Assembly (NCBI RefSeq): GCF_009914755.1
Contig: NC_060930.1
Length of the DNA: 64,000 nt
Source of the DNA: the human T2T-CHM13v2.0 reference genome, Homo sapiens
Reading direction: 5' to 3' (one strand)
Below, in pieces: positions 1 to 11,940 of this stretch (position 1 is its first letter; each line of letters begins with the position of its first letter). Made by a program: the position numbers and the translations under genes. The notes under the pieces are model-generated. The model saw nothing but the letters and a program-made list of their open reading frames with translations, ran no database searches and was not told where the DNA came from.

Positions 1-760
1 TGTGATTTTATAAAATTTTGTTTAAAATTTTCATCTGTGTTTGTGAAGTTTTATTTTCTTTCAATGTCCTTGTCTAGTTTTTATGTCATAGTCATGCTGC
101 CCTCATAGAATGAGGTGGAAAGTATTTCTTCCTCTTCAATTTTCCAGAAGACTTTGTATAAAGTTTGTATTATTTCTCTTTGGATATTTGGAAGAATTCA
201 CCAGTGAAGCCCTTTGGCCTGGAATTTTATCTGTGGGAGGTTTTTAATTAAAATTTTAATTCCCTTAATAGATATAGGGCTATTCATGTTACCTACGATT
301 TTACTTCCTTAATACGTTTTTCTTTTTTTCTTTCTTTTAGCATGTAAGTTTTGGTACTTTGTGTCTTTCAAAGAATTTGTCCATTTCAACTAAGTTGTTT
401 AACTTATTGGCATGATTGATGGACACGTTTCTCCCAGGCCATAGATTTTGCTTTGAAATCTGCAGCCTCCCCTGTCTGATAGGAAGGTGTTCATGTATTC
501 CTGGATTACCCTTTTCATATGTGTGGGATCTGTAACAATGTTACCTTTGTCTTTCCTGGCATTTTGTCTTCTTTTTTGGTCCCTGGTTAGTCTGACTAGA
601 GGTTAACAAGGTTTACAAATCTTTCAAATAACTAGTTTTTGGTTTTGTTGGTTTTCTCCTTTTGTGTCTTCCGTTTTATGGATTTCTACTCTTGGTTTTA
701 TCATTTCCTTTACTCTGCATATTGTGAATTTAATTTTCTCTTCTTCTAGTTCCTTGCCTA
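1..760 (-). mobile_element. Old L1M LINE-1 fragment (ORF2 region, antisense on +)
   Basis: T-rich sequence with typical antisense L1 motifs: 'agaattcaccagtgaagccctttggcctgg', 'aagaatttgtccatttca', 'tagtctgactagaggtt'. Runs off the window start. Confidence 0.8.
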
Positions 761-1339
761 CCTCAATTCTCTGTCTAATTCTGGGTCCTTGGCCATTCCC
801 ACCTCAGTTAACAGAAAATGCCAAGACATACCACTTGCTGGTGTCCAAACCCAAGATGAGCCCAGAATTTTTCTTCGCCTCACATTCCACACAGAATCCC
901 TGAGCAGTCTTGCAAGCTCTGGCTTCAGGAGTGGTCCCAGCCCCGCCACGCCTGTGCCATGCTGCCAGGCCAGCAGCCTTCCCACGTGCCTTCCCGCCTA
1001 CCCTGCGCTCCACCTGCAGCACAACCATGCAAACACAAATCAGAGAACACTCACTCTTGGAGCCCAGAGCCACCCGTCAGAAGCGCAGCCTCCTTGGCCT
1101 CACGGGGAGCCACCCACAGTCAACGGCCCACGAAGCCTGCATGTGAGTCACTGCAGGGTGCAGGCAGCCCCGGGCCCTCCACGACAGGGATGTTCCCAGA
1201 TGCAGCTGAGCAGGGGCAAACCACCCCCCGCCATTCCACATCCAGACTTCTGACTCAGAACCCATAGTGGTTGTTTTTTGAAAAACGAAGCAAAGCTGTA
1301 AATTGGGTCACATTATACTCTGCTTAAAACCCTATACTA

Positions 1340-1590
1340 ACAGTCTGGCAGTTCCTCAAAAGCTAAATGTAGAATAACTATATGACCCAGAAATTCAACT
1401 TGCAAATATAGAACCACGAGAAATGAGAATGTAGACCACACAAAACCTTGCATGCAGATGCCTGTGGCAGTGTCGCCTATCACAGCCATAAGGTGCCAAC
1501 AACCCAAATGCCCATCAACTCAGGAACAGAGAAACAAAACCTGGTCCATCCAGACAATAGAGTATTATTTGGTAATAAACAGAAATGAGT
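1340..1590 (+). mobile_element. L1M (L1MB/MC/ME-type) 3' fragment
   Basis: 'tctggcagttcctcaaaagctaaa...tatgacccagaaattc...aacaacccaaatgcccatcaac' matches the L1 ORF2 end/3'UTR in sense orientation. Confidence 0.75.
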
Positions 1591-1944
1591 GCTGGTGGAG
1601 CGAGGAGGAGGCAAAGCAGGGGCACAGAGCGCCCAGGGACGTGTGGCCACTGTCGGGACTGTTTGGTGCCACAGGATGGCTGGGCTGGGGCTTGGCCTGC
1701 AGGATGGGCTGGAAATGCTCTTAATTCCTCGGAAGCTAAGAGACACCTGAGAAGGAGGGACAGCCTGGGCCTGGGAGCCGGGTGGACATAGGAAAAGGCT
1801 TTTAGTTTTTCAAAAACTGAGCAATAAAAGACTTGGACTTGTTTTTTAAAAATTTGTAGAAGAGATAAGAACAAAAAATCTAGAAACTGGAAAAAATTTC
1901 AAGTTGATGAGGCCTTGACTCAATAATGACCTTGTATCTATGAT

Positions 1945-2010
1945 TTGCTTTCTCATTCACTCATTCACTCATTCAGTGAATATTCAAGAAACCCACACTG
2001 AGAAACTGCT
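1945..2010 (-). mobile_element. Probable L2 3' end remnant
   Basis: 'tcattcactcattcactcattcagtgaatattc' resembles the (TCAT)n L2 tail. Short and degenerate. Confidence 0.4.
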
Positions 2011-2282
2011 GTGTGCAGCCTCCGTGTCACACACACGTGTGCCCCTCCTGCATCGCTACCTCGGAACACGTGTTTTCAGGCATGGATGCATCTGTGTGGG
2101 TGTTCGTGCACTGCAGCCGCACCAGCTCCCGAATGTTGCCTGTCAGACCGGCAGTGTGTGCCCGGTTCCGATTCCAAGAGCATCTTCTCCAGAACTCTGG
2201 CGGCCGGGCCAGGGAGGAGCGTGGACTGTCCCATGGAAACGCGGCCCGGGAGGGCTTAACTGAGGACAGCTGACATAAGAAG

Positions 2283-2770
2283 CTATTGACAAAACACCAC
2301 ACACTGGGGGTGTAAACAACACACATTTATTTTTTTACAGTCCTGGAGGCTGGAGGTCCAAGATCCAAGTTCCTGCAGACTTCGTGCCTGGTGGGCTCTG
2401 GGCCTGGCATGCAGGCAACGGCCTCCTGGCTGTGTCCGAAAACAGTGGAGAAAAAGAAGGGGAGAGGGAAGGAGGGGAGAGAGGGGCAAGAAAGAAAGAG
2501 GAAGAGAGAGAGAGAAGGGGAGAGAGGGAGGGTGAGGAACAGAGAAAGGGAGGAAAGGAGGGAGGGAGGGAGGGAGGGAGAGAGAGAGAGAGAGAAGAGC
2601 CGGCAGGGAGGGAGAAAGAAAAGAGCCCCAGTCCTATTGTGGTAGCCCCACCCTCATGACCTCGTGTAACCTAATCACTCCCAAAGGCCTAGCTCCAAAT
2701 CCAGCCACATTGGGGGTTAGGACCTCAATGTGTGAACTTCAGGGTCAGGGACACAATTCAACCCACAGCA
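2283..2770 (-). mobile_element. MLT1 (MaLR) solo LTR, MLT1A/B-like
   Basis: 'cagtcctggaggctggaggtccaagatc', 'cccaccctcatgacctc...aacctaatcactcccaaaggcc', ending 'acacaattcaacccacagca' (reverse complement of the MLT1 5' end). Confidence 0.85.
2447..2625. repeat. Purine-rich (GA/GGGA) low-complexity tract inside the MLT1 LTR
   Basis: About 180 bp almost entirely A/G, including (GGGA)n and (GA)n runs. Confidence 0.9.
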
Positions 2771-4139
2771 GTGTGGAAAGAGTTCAGGAGAAGTGAGGGA
2801 TGAGGCTGTCCCAGGATAGCCCGGAGGAGCCCGGAGGGATGTAGGAAAGGGAGGGCTGGAGGAAAAGGGGCCCCCGCACCATGGCCCCCAGCCTCCAGGT
2901 GCCCTCATTGCCACATGCTGCAGGAGGTCAGAGGGCGAGGGAGCCGGGGAGACACCGTGCACAGGGCCAGTGTCCCAGGCTCTGCGCGTGTGGTTGGGAA
3001 GAGGCCACAGAGTGCTGGGGAGGCCGTGGTGACCTCACAGAATCGGCCTCTCCTTCCACTGGGCTCAGAGATTCCCACGAGCTCCGTGCTGCCTGGAGAG
3101 AGAACGCAAGACGGGAGGGAGGGAGGGACTGATGGGTGGCCACAGGGGGAGGCTGAGAAGGAGGCAAATGGAGCTGAGAAGAGACAGGACGAGAGTGAAC
3201 GCGCCCACCCAGCTGCCAGGCTCTCCTCTCCACTCAGGAGGCTCCGTGGCTGCCAGGCCTGCCAGATCTGGGCACAAACACAAAACAGGAATCCTCTCAG
3301 CTCAGCCTCAAAGTGTTTTGTTGCATTTTTTCTGGCTGGGGCTTGAGGGTGAAAGGTTGCTTGTTTGTTTGCTTGTTTGTTTTAGCTGCTAGCTCAATTT
3401 GCTGGTCTCACATTCATGATGCCCTTTGAGAAAATACATTGGGACGCTTTTACAACTTGAGAAACCTCCTGGGTTTTGAAGCCTCCCACATCTCTGCCCG
3501 CCCTCCAGCCAGGCCAGGCCAGGGCGACGGAGAAGGGATGGAGGGAGGCGCGTGTGGATATCACCCCAAGCCATCCATCTAAAAAGTCTCTTCCTGACAT
3601 GGCTGCAAGGGTGGCCCGGCCTGTCAGCTCCTACCCTGCCCTGGGCTCCCTGCTGGGACCCGTGGCTGCTGCGCACCTCTGCTCAATCTCCACGTCACCC
3701 GGCAGAGTCTGTGCTGTCACCCTGTGTTAGGGACAAGGACGTGGAGAGTCACAGGCTTGCCTGGAGGTGACAGTGATGCCAGGGCCAGCCCAGGTGAGGA
3801 ATACTCGAAGGCTCACCATGCTTCATATGGGAAGCCAGGTAGAAAGAACAGGACGAGAGGAACTGCCCGGCCACCTGCAGCTGCTGCTATCTCCCTCTGC
3901 CCTCCTCTCTTCTTCCCCACAGGGCTCTGCAGAGTGTGGGACACGGACAGTTGCTCAACCCACAGCAGGGTAAGCGCAGGGCTGAGCATTGGCAGTGATC
4001 TGCCGTGGCTGTGGCTTCCGGCACGTGGCCAGAGATGTGCTCACAAACCGCATGGGAGCCACGTCGGGGGTGCGCTGAGCACCAGGCTCAAAGGGAGGAC
4101 CCTGCACAAGGGCCCCAGAAGAGGGGTCTGTCAACCATA

Positions 4140-4619
4140 ATCCAAAAATGCATAAAATCTGGAAACCATTTCATTCATCGTTGGCTAATTTCAATTCAAT
4201 TGCAACTTGAATGTAAATTATTGGAACTGGCTACTAATGAAGAATTGAAGACGAATTTTGAAAATAGAGCATCTGTTGCTTCAGTTTAAATAAAAGTTAC
4301 ATGTGAATATACTGAGCCTGCTGAAAATGTCTTTAAAATCTCTCCTTCCATTCCTATCAACAAACTTTATGAGACTAGTTTTTCTACTGAGACTATTATT
4401 AAAACAAAGCAGAACACTATTTTCGATATACATTTTCCCTGCCAGAATCAGTAAAACTGAAACTAGATAGGGAAGCAAAGCATAAGCTCATTGTCCATTA
4501 GAGATAGTAAATATTAACACGACATGGTATAATTTTGCACAAAAAGGCATTTAAGCATAAATTGCTATTTCACTCCTATTTTGTTCAGTTATGGCTGTGG
4601 AACGGGAAAACGTTTTTAC

Positions 4620-4620
<1 letters not shown>
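4140..4620 (+). mobile_element. hAT-Charlie DNA transposon remnant, decayed transposase C-terminus
   Basis: Translation across a stop and frameshifts gives LLELATNEELKTNFEN..ASV*IKVTCEYTEPAE / SLLPFLST / YETSFSTETIIKTKQNTIFDIHFP. This fits the hAT dimerisation-domain pattern FW..EYPELA..LLPF.STYLCETGFS..IKTK.RN.LDI. Confidence 0.75.
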
Positions 4621-5263
<643 letters not shown>

Positions 5264-5485
5264 GTCTAACAATTCTCTGTAACATAAATGTGCACTCTTT
5301 CAACAAACAATATGCAAAGTTGATGTAATTTGTTTCTATTTTCCTGTTTTATTTTTGTTCTGATCATGCCATTTGAAACATACTTTATGTCTATTGAGTG
5401 TAATAATACAATTTTGATCTTATATTTTTTGTCTATTTTTTCATTTCTCTAGTAACTCATTTTTGTCATATTTTAAAAACTACCA
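5264..5485 (+). mobile_element. Probable continuation (AT-rich 3' end) of the Charlie element
   Basis: AT-rich sequence resumes directly after the MLT1 end, with composition like 4480-4620. Assigned by inference. Confidence 0.45.
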
Positions 5486-5509
5486 ATGCAAAGAAGTTTG
5501 AAACGTACA

Positions 5510-6987
5510 ATGGTCCTTCATCACCAATGGTTCTTCATTATCAATAATCCTTCATTAACAATGTTCAATGAAGGTCCTTCATCACCATGTCCTTCATCAC
5601 CGAGGTCCTTCATCACCATGTCCTTCATCACCATGTCCTTCATCACCGAGGTCCTTCATCACCGAGGTCCTTCATCACCGTGTCCTTCATCACCGAGGTC
5701 CTTCATCACCGTGTCCTTCATCACCGAGGTCCTTCATCACCGTGTCCTTCATCATCGAGGTCCTTCATCACCATGTCCTTCATCACCAAGGTCCTTCATC
5801 ACCATGTCCTTCATCACCATGTCCTTCATCACCAAGGTCCTTCATCACCATGTCCTTCATCACCATGTCCTTCATCACCAAGGTCCTTCATCACCATGTC
5901 CTTCATCACCAAGGTCCTTCATCACCATGTCCTTCATCACCAAGGTCCTTCATCACCGTGTCCTTCATCACCGTGTCCTTCATCACCGTGTCCTTCATCA
6001 CCATGTCCTTCATCACCAAGGTCCTTCATCACCATGTCCTTCATCACCGAGGTCCTTCATCACCGTGTCCTTCATCACCGTGTCCTTCATCACCGTGTCC
6101 TTGATCACCATGTCCTTCATCACCGAGTTCCTTCATCACCATGTCCTTCATCACCATGTCCTTCATCACCGAGGTCCTTCATCACCATGTCCTTCATCAC
6201 CATGTCCTTCATCACCGAGGTCCTTCATCACCATGTCCTTCATCACCATGTCCTTCATCACCATGTCCTTCATCACCGTGTCCTTCATCACCATGTCCTT
6301 CATTACTGAGGTCCTTCATCACCATGATCTTTCATCACCATGATCTTTCACTATCAATAGTTCTTTACCACCAAGTCCTTCATCACAATGGTCTTTCATT
6401 ATCAATGATTCTTTACAAACAAGGTCCTTCATCACCATGATCATGATCTTTCATCACTACAGTCCTTCATCACCATGTCCTTCACCAAGGTCGTTCATCA
6501 CCATGTCCTTCATCACAGAGGTCTTTCATCACCATGATTCTTCATCACCATGTCCTACATCACCAAGGTCCTTCATCACCATGGTCCTTCACCAAGGTCG
6601 TTCAACACCAAGGTCCTTCATCACCATGGTCCTTCACCAAGGTCGTTCATCACCAAGGTCCTTCATCACCATGGTCCTTCACCAAGGTCGTTCATCACCA
6701 AGGTCCTTCATCACCATGGTCCTTCACCAAGGTCCTTCATCACCATGGTCCTTCACCAAGGTCATTCATCACCAAGGTCCTTCATCACCATGGTCCTTCA
6801 CCAAGGTCCTTCATCACCAAGGTCCTTCATCACCATGGTCCTTCACCAAGGTCCTTCATCACCATGGTCCTTCACCAAGGTCGTTCATCACCAAGGTCCT
6901 TCATCACCATGGTCCTTCACCAAGGTCTTTCATCGCCAAGGTCCTTCATCACCATGGTTCTTTACCACCAAGGTCCTTCATCACCAG
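5510..6987. repeat. Minisatellite/VNTR, core GTCCTTCATCACC, 15/16 bp units (plus 13 bp units distally)
   Basis: 5570-6320 is a mix of ATGTCCTTCATCACC/GTGTCCTTCATCACC (15) and (G/A)AGGTCCTTCATCACC (16). 6340-6560 is degenerate. 6560-6987 is a second sub-array with GGTCCTTCACCAA 13-mers. Confidence 0.97.
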
Positions 6988-8249
6988 TGTTCAATGACCC
7001 TTCCCCACAGGGAGTTGTGAACAGCTCAAGGAAGCTCCTGAACAGATGAGGCAGCTGGTTTGTTGAGAGAAGTTGGAGTTAGAAAAGGGAGGAAAGTTGA
7101 GGAGTTGACGCAGATGCCTGGCCAGTCTTAGGACACAAGAAGTGCAAACTGGGAGGATTCTCGGAGAACTTGGAGAACAGTGTTCTCTTTTTAGAGGCAA
7201 GACCTAGAGAAACGTGTGAGTGGACAGGGACAGCTCTGGCCCCTGACACTGGGAAGAAAGGCCAAGTGTCCTGTGTTCCTCCTCTGCTATCGTCCCTCCT
7301 ACCAGAAGGATGCACCTCCCCTGACCCCGCTTTCCAAACCCAAACACCGAGATCTCTGGCTGAGGTGAGATCTGGAGCGTGTCTTCTCTCATCTCCACCA
7401 GAGCCCCGCAGCCACTCGTGAAAGACAGGTACAGCCCCAGCTGGGACGTCAGGGCAGCCGCCAGACAGTTTCTGCCCCCTCCCAAGCACTGCCCAGAACG
7501 TGGACACTGACCCTGTTTCCTCAGAGTAAGCACAGACCTGCCGGAGGCCTGCACCCTGGGAGCAGCCTCACACTGCCGGGCGTGGGGGCACGGGGTGAGG
7601 GCACTGCTTCCCTTTGCTCAGGCAGCTTCTGTGGACACGGACACATGAGACTCTACCCAAGGAGGGGACAATGGACAGATGAGAGACAGAGTCAGGAGCG
7701 GGGAAGGGGGGGAACCCTTTGAGGAGAAATTCCATCAACCTCATAATCTTGCCTGTTTCCCCACCCCCGAGGCCACACCATCTGGATGGACAGCCCTTTG
7801 AAAGCAAACAGGAACCCTGTTGTGGGCACCACAGGCACAGTGCCCTGCGGCCCGTGTCTGGCCTGGCGCAGGCTCAGGGCTGGGCAGAGCTCAGAGCGCG
7901 GCTGCCTCTTCCTCAGAAGCCCGTGAGGGTCCCGTTGGCTCAGGCTGGAGCACAGCGACCGACGTCGAGGCTTTAATGAAGTCCGTGTGAGTGGCGGTGG
8001 GGCGGCCTCGCTGCACAGATGGCTCTTTGTCCCCATGACACCTGCCATCTGCTTGTTTGTCTAAACGATGCTGCAGGGGCAGGGGTTCCCAATCTGCTGC
8101 CCGGGCCCCACCCGCCCACTGCGACCTCCTGACCCCCGGGCCAGACGGGTCCGCAGAGTTTGTTCTTCCAGCACAGTGGGCTCTGCCTTCCCTGCCTTCG
8201 ATGTCCGCAGCCTCTTGCCAGCGCTGGTGCTTGGGTGGCAGGAGCAGCC

Positions 8250-8316
8250 GGGGAGGGGAAGAGGAGGGGGAGGAGGAGGAGGGAGAAGAGGAGGAGGGGG
8301 AGGAGGAGGGGAGGAG
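8250..8316. repeat. (GAG/GGA)n purine simple repeat
   Basis: gggaggggaagaggagggggaggaggaggagggagaagaggaggagggggaggaggagggg. Confidence 0.85.
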
Positions 8317-8805
8317 CTGCAGCCGCAGGGACTGGGAGGACTTCAGCAGCAGTTGCCACCCGCAGCTTGGCAGGGCCCTCCTGGTCCAGGAGCCAGGCTG
8401 GAAGCTCGCATTTCCGAAGCTCAGCCCTCACACCTGTTCACAGAGAGAACGTCACATAAAAGAGAGGCCGGGAGGGAGGGACCCCCCAGAGCAAATGCTC
8501 AGCCGCCCCTGGAGCAGATGACAGCAGCCGCACAGGCTAGAGCACAGCTCGCTCCCTTTTCTTAAAAACAAGTGAGGTGAGAAGAGAAAAGTTCACTTTT
8601 GAAGTTGCAGAAATGGAAGCAAAAACATCCAGATTCCACTTGCGTCAGTTTAGGGAACATTCCGAAAGGGAGGCAAGGAGCTGGAGGGCACTTTACTAGC
8701 GGCCTCCTTGGGCTTTTGCCCTGCTCCAGCACATCTTTGAAAAGGTCTGGTGAGGTTGCCTTCCCCACCCTGTCCCCTGTAAACGGGACGATACCACTTT
8801 GCGGG

Positions 8806-9023
8806 AGGAGGCTGAGACTTCCTGCTCCCACGCCAGTTCTGTGAGATCTGGAACCACAAGCCTCGGGTCCTGGAGGCTCCACAGGAGGCTGAGACTTCCC
8901 TCTCCCACGTGAATTTTGTGGGATCTGGAACCACAAACCTCGGGTCCCGGAGGCTCCACGAAGCTGCTCCCACGTGAGTTTTGTGGGGTCTAGAACCACA
9001 AACCTCGGGTCCTGGAGGCTCCA
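8806..9023. repeat. Tandem repeat, 77 bp unit, about 3 copies (third has a ~12 bp deletion)
   Basis: 'aggaggctgagactt' at 8806 and 8883. 'gaaccacaa.cctcgggtcc.ggaggctcca' occurs three times. Confidence 0.9.
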
Positions 9024-9166
9024 TGAAACTGCCTTTATAACTCACTCCTCAGTTGTTAAATGAACAGGCTACACGTTGTCTCCAAAAGTGGCAGCGCTTT
9101 CCAAGAAGGAGCATGATTCTCTGCAAACGTGCAGAATCTGCTGCAGCAGTGACCTGTTGCTATTTC

Positions 9167-9290
9167 CCCATTGCTACGTCTGAGTGTGCCCAGACACTCC
9201 TGGTTGGAAAGGTGGCCTCCAGTGCAAGCCCATTGCTATGTCTGAGTGTGCGCGGACACCCCTGGTTGGAAAGGTGGCCTCCAGTGCAAG
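9167..9290. repeat. Tandem duplication, 62 bp x2
   Basis: 'cccattgcta.gtctgagtgtgc...ggttggaaaggtggcctccagtgcaag' starts at 9167 and 9229. Confidence 0.92.
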
Positions 9291-9469
9291 TGCGCTGAGA
9301 GGTGGGACCTTCAGGAGGTAGACCGGGTGGCAAGGGCTCCTCCTGCGTGAATGGTTAACGCTGCCGCATTGCAAGTGTGAGTCTGTTACGAGTGCGAGCC
9401 TGGCCCTCCCACCTTCTGCTGTGGGGTGGTGCAGCGAATGCAGGCCCCTTGATGGCGGACTTCCTCAGG

Positions 9470-9541
9470 GTGGTGAGAAATACATTTCTTTTCTGAATAA
9501 ATTACCCATTCTATTATAGCAACACAAAGCAGACTAAGACA
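9470..9541 (+). mobile_element. MaLR (MST/MLT1A-type) LTR 3' terminal fragment
   Basis: 'tgagaaatacatttcttttc...aattaccca...tatagcaacacaaagcagactaagaca' is the canonical MaLR LTR end. Confidence 0.7.
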
Positions 9542-11229
9542 CTGCTAAGAAATGACTTAGAACTCGTTTGCTGCCACTGGTGAGAAGTGGGGAGGGCCAG
9601 GTCTCAGGGGCTGCCTCCCTGAACCCCCACCCAGGGGCTGCCCTTTCCTAAGTCAAAGCCTCCCATTCAGTTCTCCCCAGAGAAAGCACATGTGCTTGAC
9701 ACACAGTTTCTGAAATCATCGAGCAGCAAAAGTAACTCCACAAAGGTCGGAGCCAAAGGGCACTGCCAGCCTGAACACTCCTGGCCTCACTCTCTTTCTT
9801 TCAAAGTCTACACCCCATGGCAGGCACAAGCCCCTGATTTTGTCTTCCTCTGAATGCAAGCAAAACCTAAGCAGGAGAAGACAGTTAACGACTGACAACT
9901 GTTACGCTGCTGGCATTGCGATGAACAACTAAGGGAGGAAATGAGCTACCAAGAATTCACCAGGACTGCTCAGGGCCACAGGCTTCCTTGTGCTAGCTTA
10001 CTTGTGCAGCTAGCTGCAGGTGCTAAGGCCTCTCAGGGCTGTAGGTCAGATGACTCACTGGCTCTTCCTCAAGTCCCTATGAAAGATGCTTTCTCATCTC
10101 CCTGGGTTTGCAAGATGAGGTGGCGGAGAGGGGAGAGACTCGGGCCACCAGCCTGGACCCCCCCCACTCCCTCCGCACCACTGCCCAGAGAGATGGTCCC
10201 AAACCGTGGCCTCCTCGTCCTGAGAGGCGGGACTCACGTGGTTCACTCCACCTGGGATCCTCACTGAAACTCTCTCTCCCTCCTTTTTGGTAATTAGACT
10301 AGTAGGTCTGTTTGATTTATATTTAAATTCCATCTTTGCTGTCAATTTTTATACGAGTGTTCTCACAAAGTGTGTACATAACCTGTGGAATATTCGAAGC
10401 CTTTGGGCCATTTGCAAACAGCACATTAGCCACACCCAGGTGGCGCAGACGCCCGGTGGACACCTACAGACCTGCTTCAAATGCACGGAGCCCCGACGTG
10501 AGCAGCTCACCGGGAGACAGTTGGCAATTTAACACTGATACTACGCAACGAGGGCCATGCGTGTTACAGGCATCTGATGGGAACTATTTTGGGTGACACA
10601 TTTGACTTGGAGCATTTATTTTACAAGTTTCTAATTCTGAGTTTCTGGGAAGTGGCCGTTGTCAGGGACCAACGGCCTCCACAAGGGAGGCTGTCCTGAC
10701 GCGCCATCCTGCTGTGTGGGTAGCTGGCACCATCTGGCTTCAACGCTGGCTCACAGGAGAGATTTTCCTCTCGGAGAATGAAGTTTAAACAGGATGAGAC
10801 TCGCATGGCTCGACGGGGGGCAGCAGCATTCTCAGGGTCAGCTCAGGAGTAAAACGTGCAGCCTCACGGGTGGTGCTGAGGCTGTTCCGAGAGGCAAAGA
10901 GGAGTTCCGGGATTTGAGGGTTCCAGCAGGAAGGGGCTCTTAAGGCCTATGCATTGAAATAATCAGAGAGGAGTGTCCTCCATCGCAGGCCGACACCCTC
11001 AGACCGGCACAGCCCGCCCTCCTCGGACACCAGTGTCCCCTCGCACTAATGACAAGCCGCCCTCGTGACCATGTCACTGGCACCCACAGCTGTGTCTGCA
11101 CCTAAAAGCAGGGGCCATATTTTTATGCATTAATTAGTGGATTGAAAACACAACTTCAGGTGGAGCTTGGCCTACCCCTGCTCTGGACCGTCAGAGTGTT
11201 GAGACCAGCACCAACTGTGGGCTGGAACT

Positions 11230-11420
11230 GTCTGATGCTTCTGTGTGTTAACTCACTCAGCCCCTCGAAAACCCTATGAGACGGGTCCTAGCATCTCCCC
11301 GTTTCACAGATGGGGAGACCAAGGCACACGAAGGCAAAGCAGACCCCTCAGAGGCCTCTGGCTGACGAACGGAAGAGCCGGGACTCAGATCCTGGACGTC
11401 TGACTCCGCATATGGGCGCC
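11230..11420 (-). mobile_element. MIR SINE
   Basis: 'aaccctatgag...ccccgtttcacagatggggagaccaaggcaca' is the antisense MIR core. Confidence 0.75.
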
Positions 11421-11576
11421 CCCAGCACCACCAAGCGTGTCTGCCTCTCAACCTGCAAGGGACATCAGTAATTCACGCCATTTTAATACAGGATTGAGTG
11501 ATCTAACAGAGGTGGGTGGAGAACTGATGTGGGCAACATAGTCCTTGGGAGAATCACTGAAAAAAAGGCTGAATGT

Positions 11577-11940
11577 GGCCGGGCACGGTGGCTCACGCCT
11601 GTGATCCCAGCACTTTGGGAGGCCGGGCGCAGTGGCTCACTCCTCCAATCCCAGCACTTTGGGAGGCCAGGGACGGTGGCTCACGCCTGCAATCCCAGAA
11701 CTTTGGGAGGCCAAGGCGAGCGGATCACTTGAGGTCAGGAGTTTGAGACCAGCCTGGCCAACATAGTGAAACCCCATCTCTACTAAAAATAAAAAAATTA
11801 GCCGGGCATGGTGGGGTGCCTGTAATCCCAGCTACTCAGGAGGCTTAGGCAGGAGAATTACTTGAACCCAGGAGGCAGAGGCTGCAGTGAGCCAAGATCA
11901 CGCCACTGCACTCCAGCCTGGGTGACAGAGTGAGACTCCC
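11577..11940 (+). mobile_element. Alu (AluSx/Sz-like) with triplicated 44 bp 5' head and no poly(A) tail
   Basis: GGCC-initiated head copies at 11577, 11621 and 11665, then a normal Alu body ending 'gtgagactccc' without an A-tail. Confidence 0.95.

Noticed and set aside
5570-6987. Repeated GTGATGA (snoRNA box C) on the minus strand
   Set aside because: It is simply the VNTR core, with no paired box D or terminal stems.
5486-7049. His-rich ORFs in all three + frames
   Set aside because: By-product of the 13/15/16 bp VNTR, with frames cycling through the same peptides.
10433-10447. CTCF-like CACCCAGGTGGCGCA
   Set aside because: The 3' core is good but there are two mismatches at informative 5' positions, so it cannot be supported without ChIP data.
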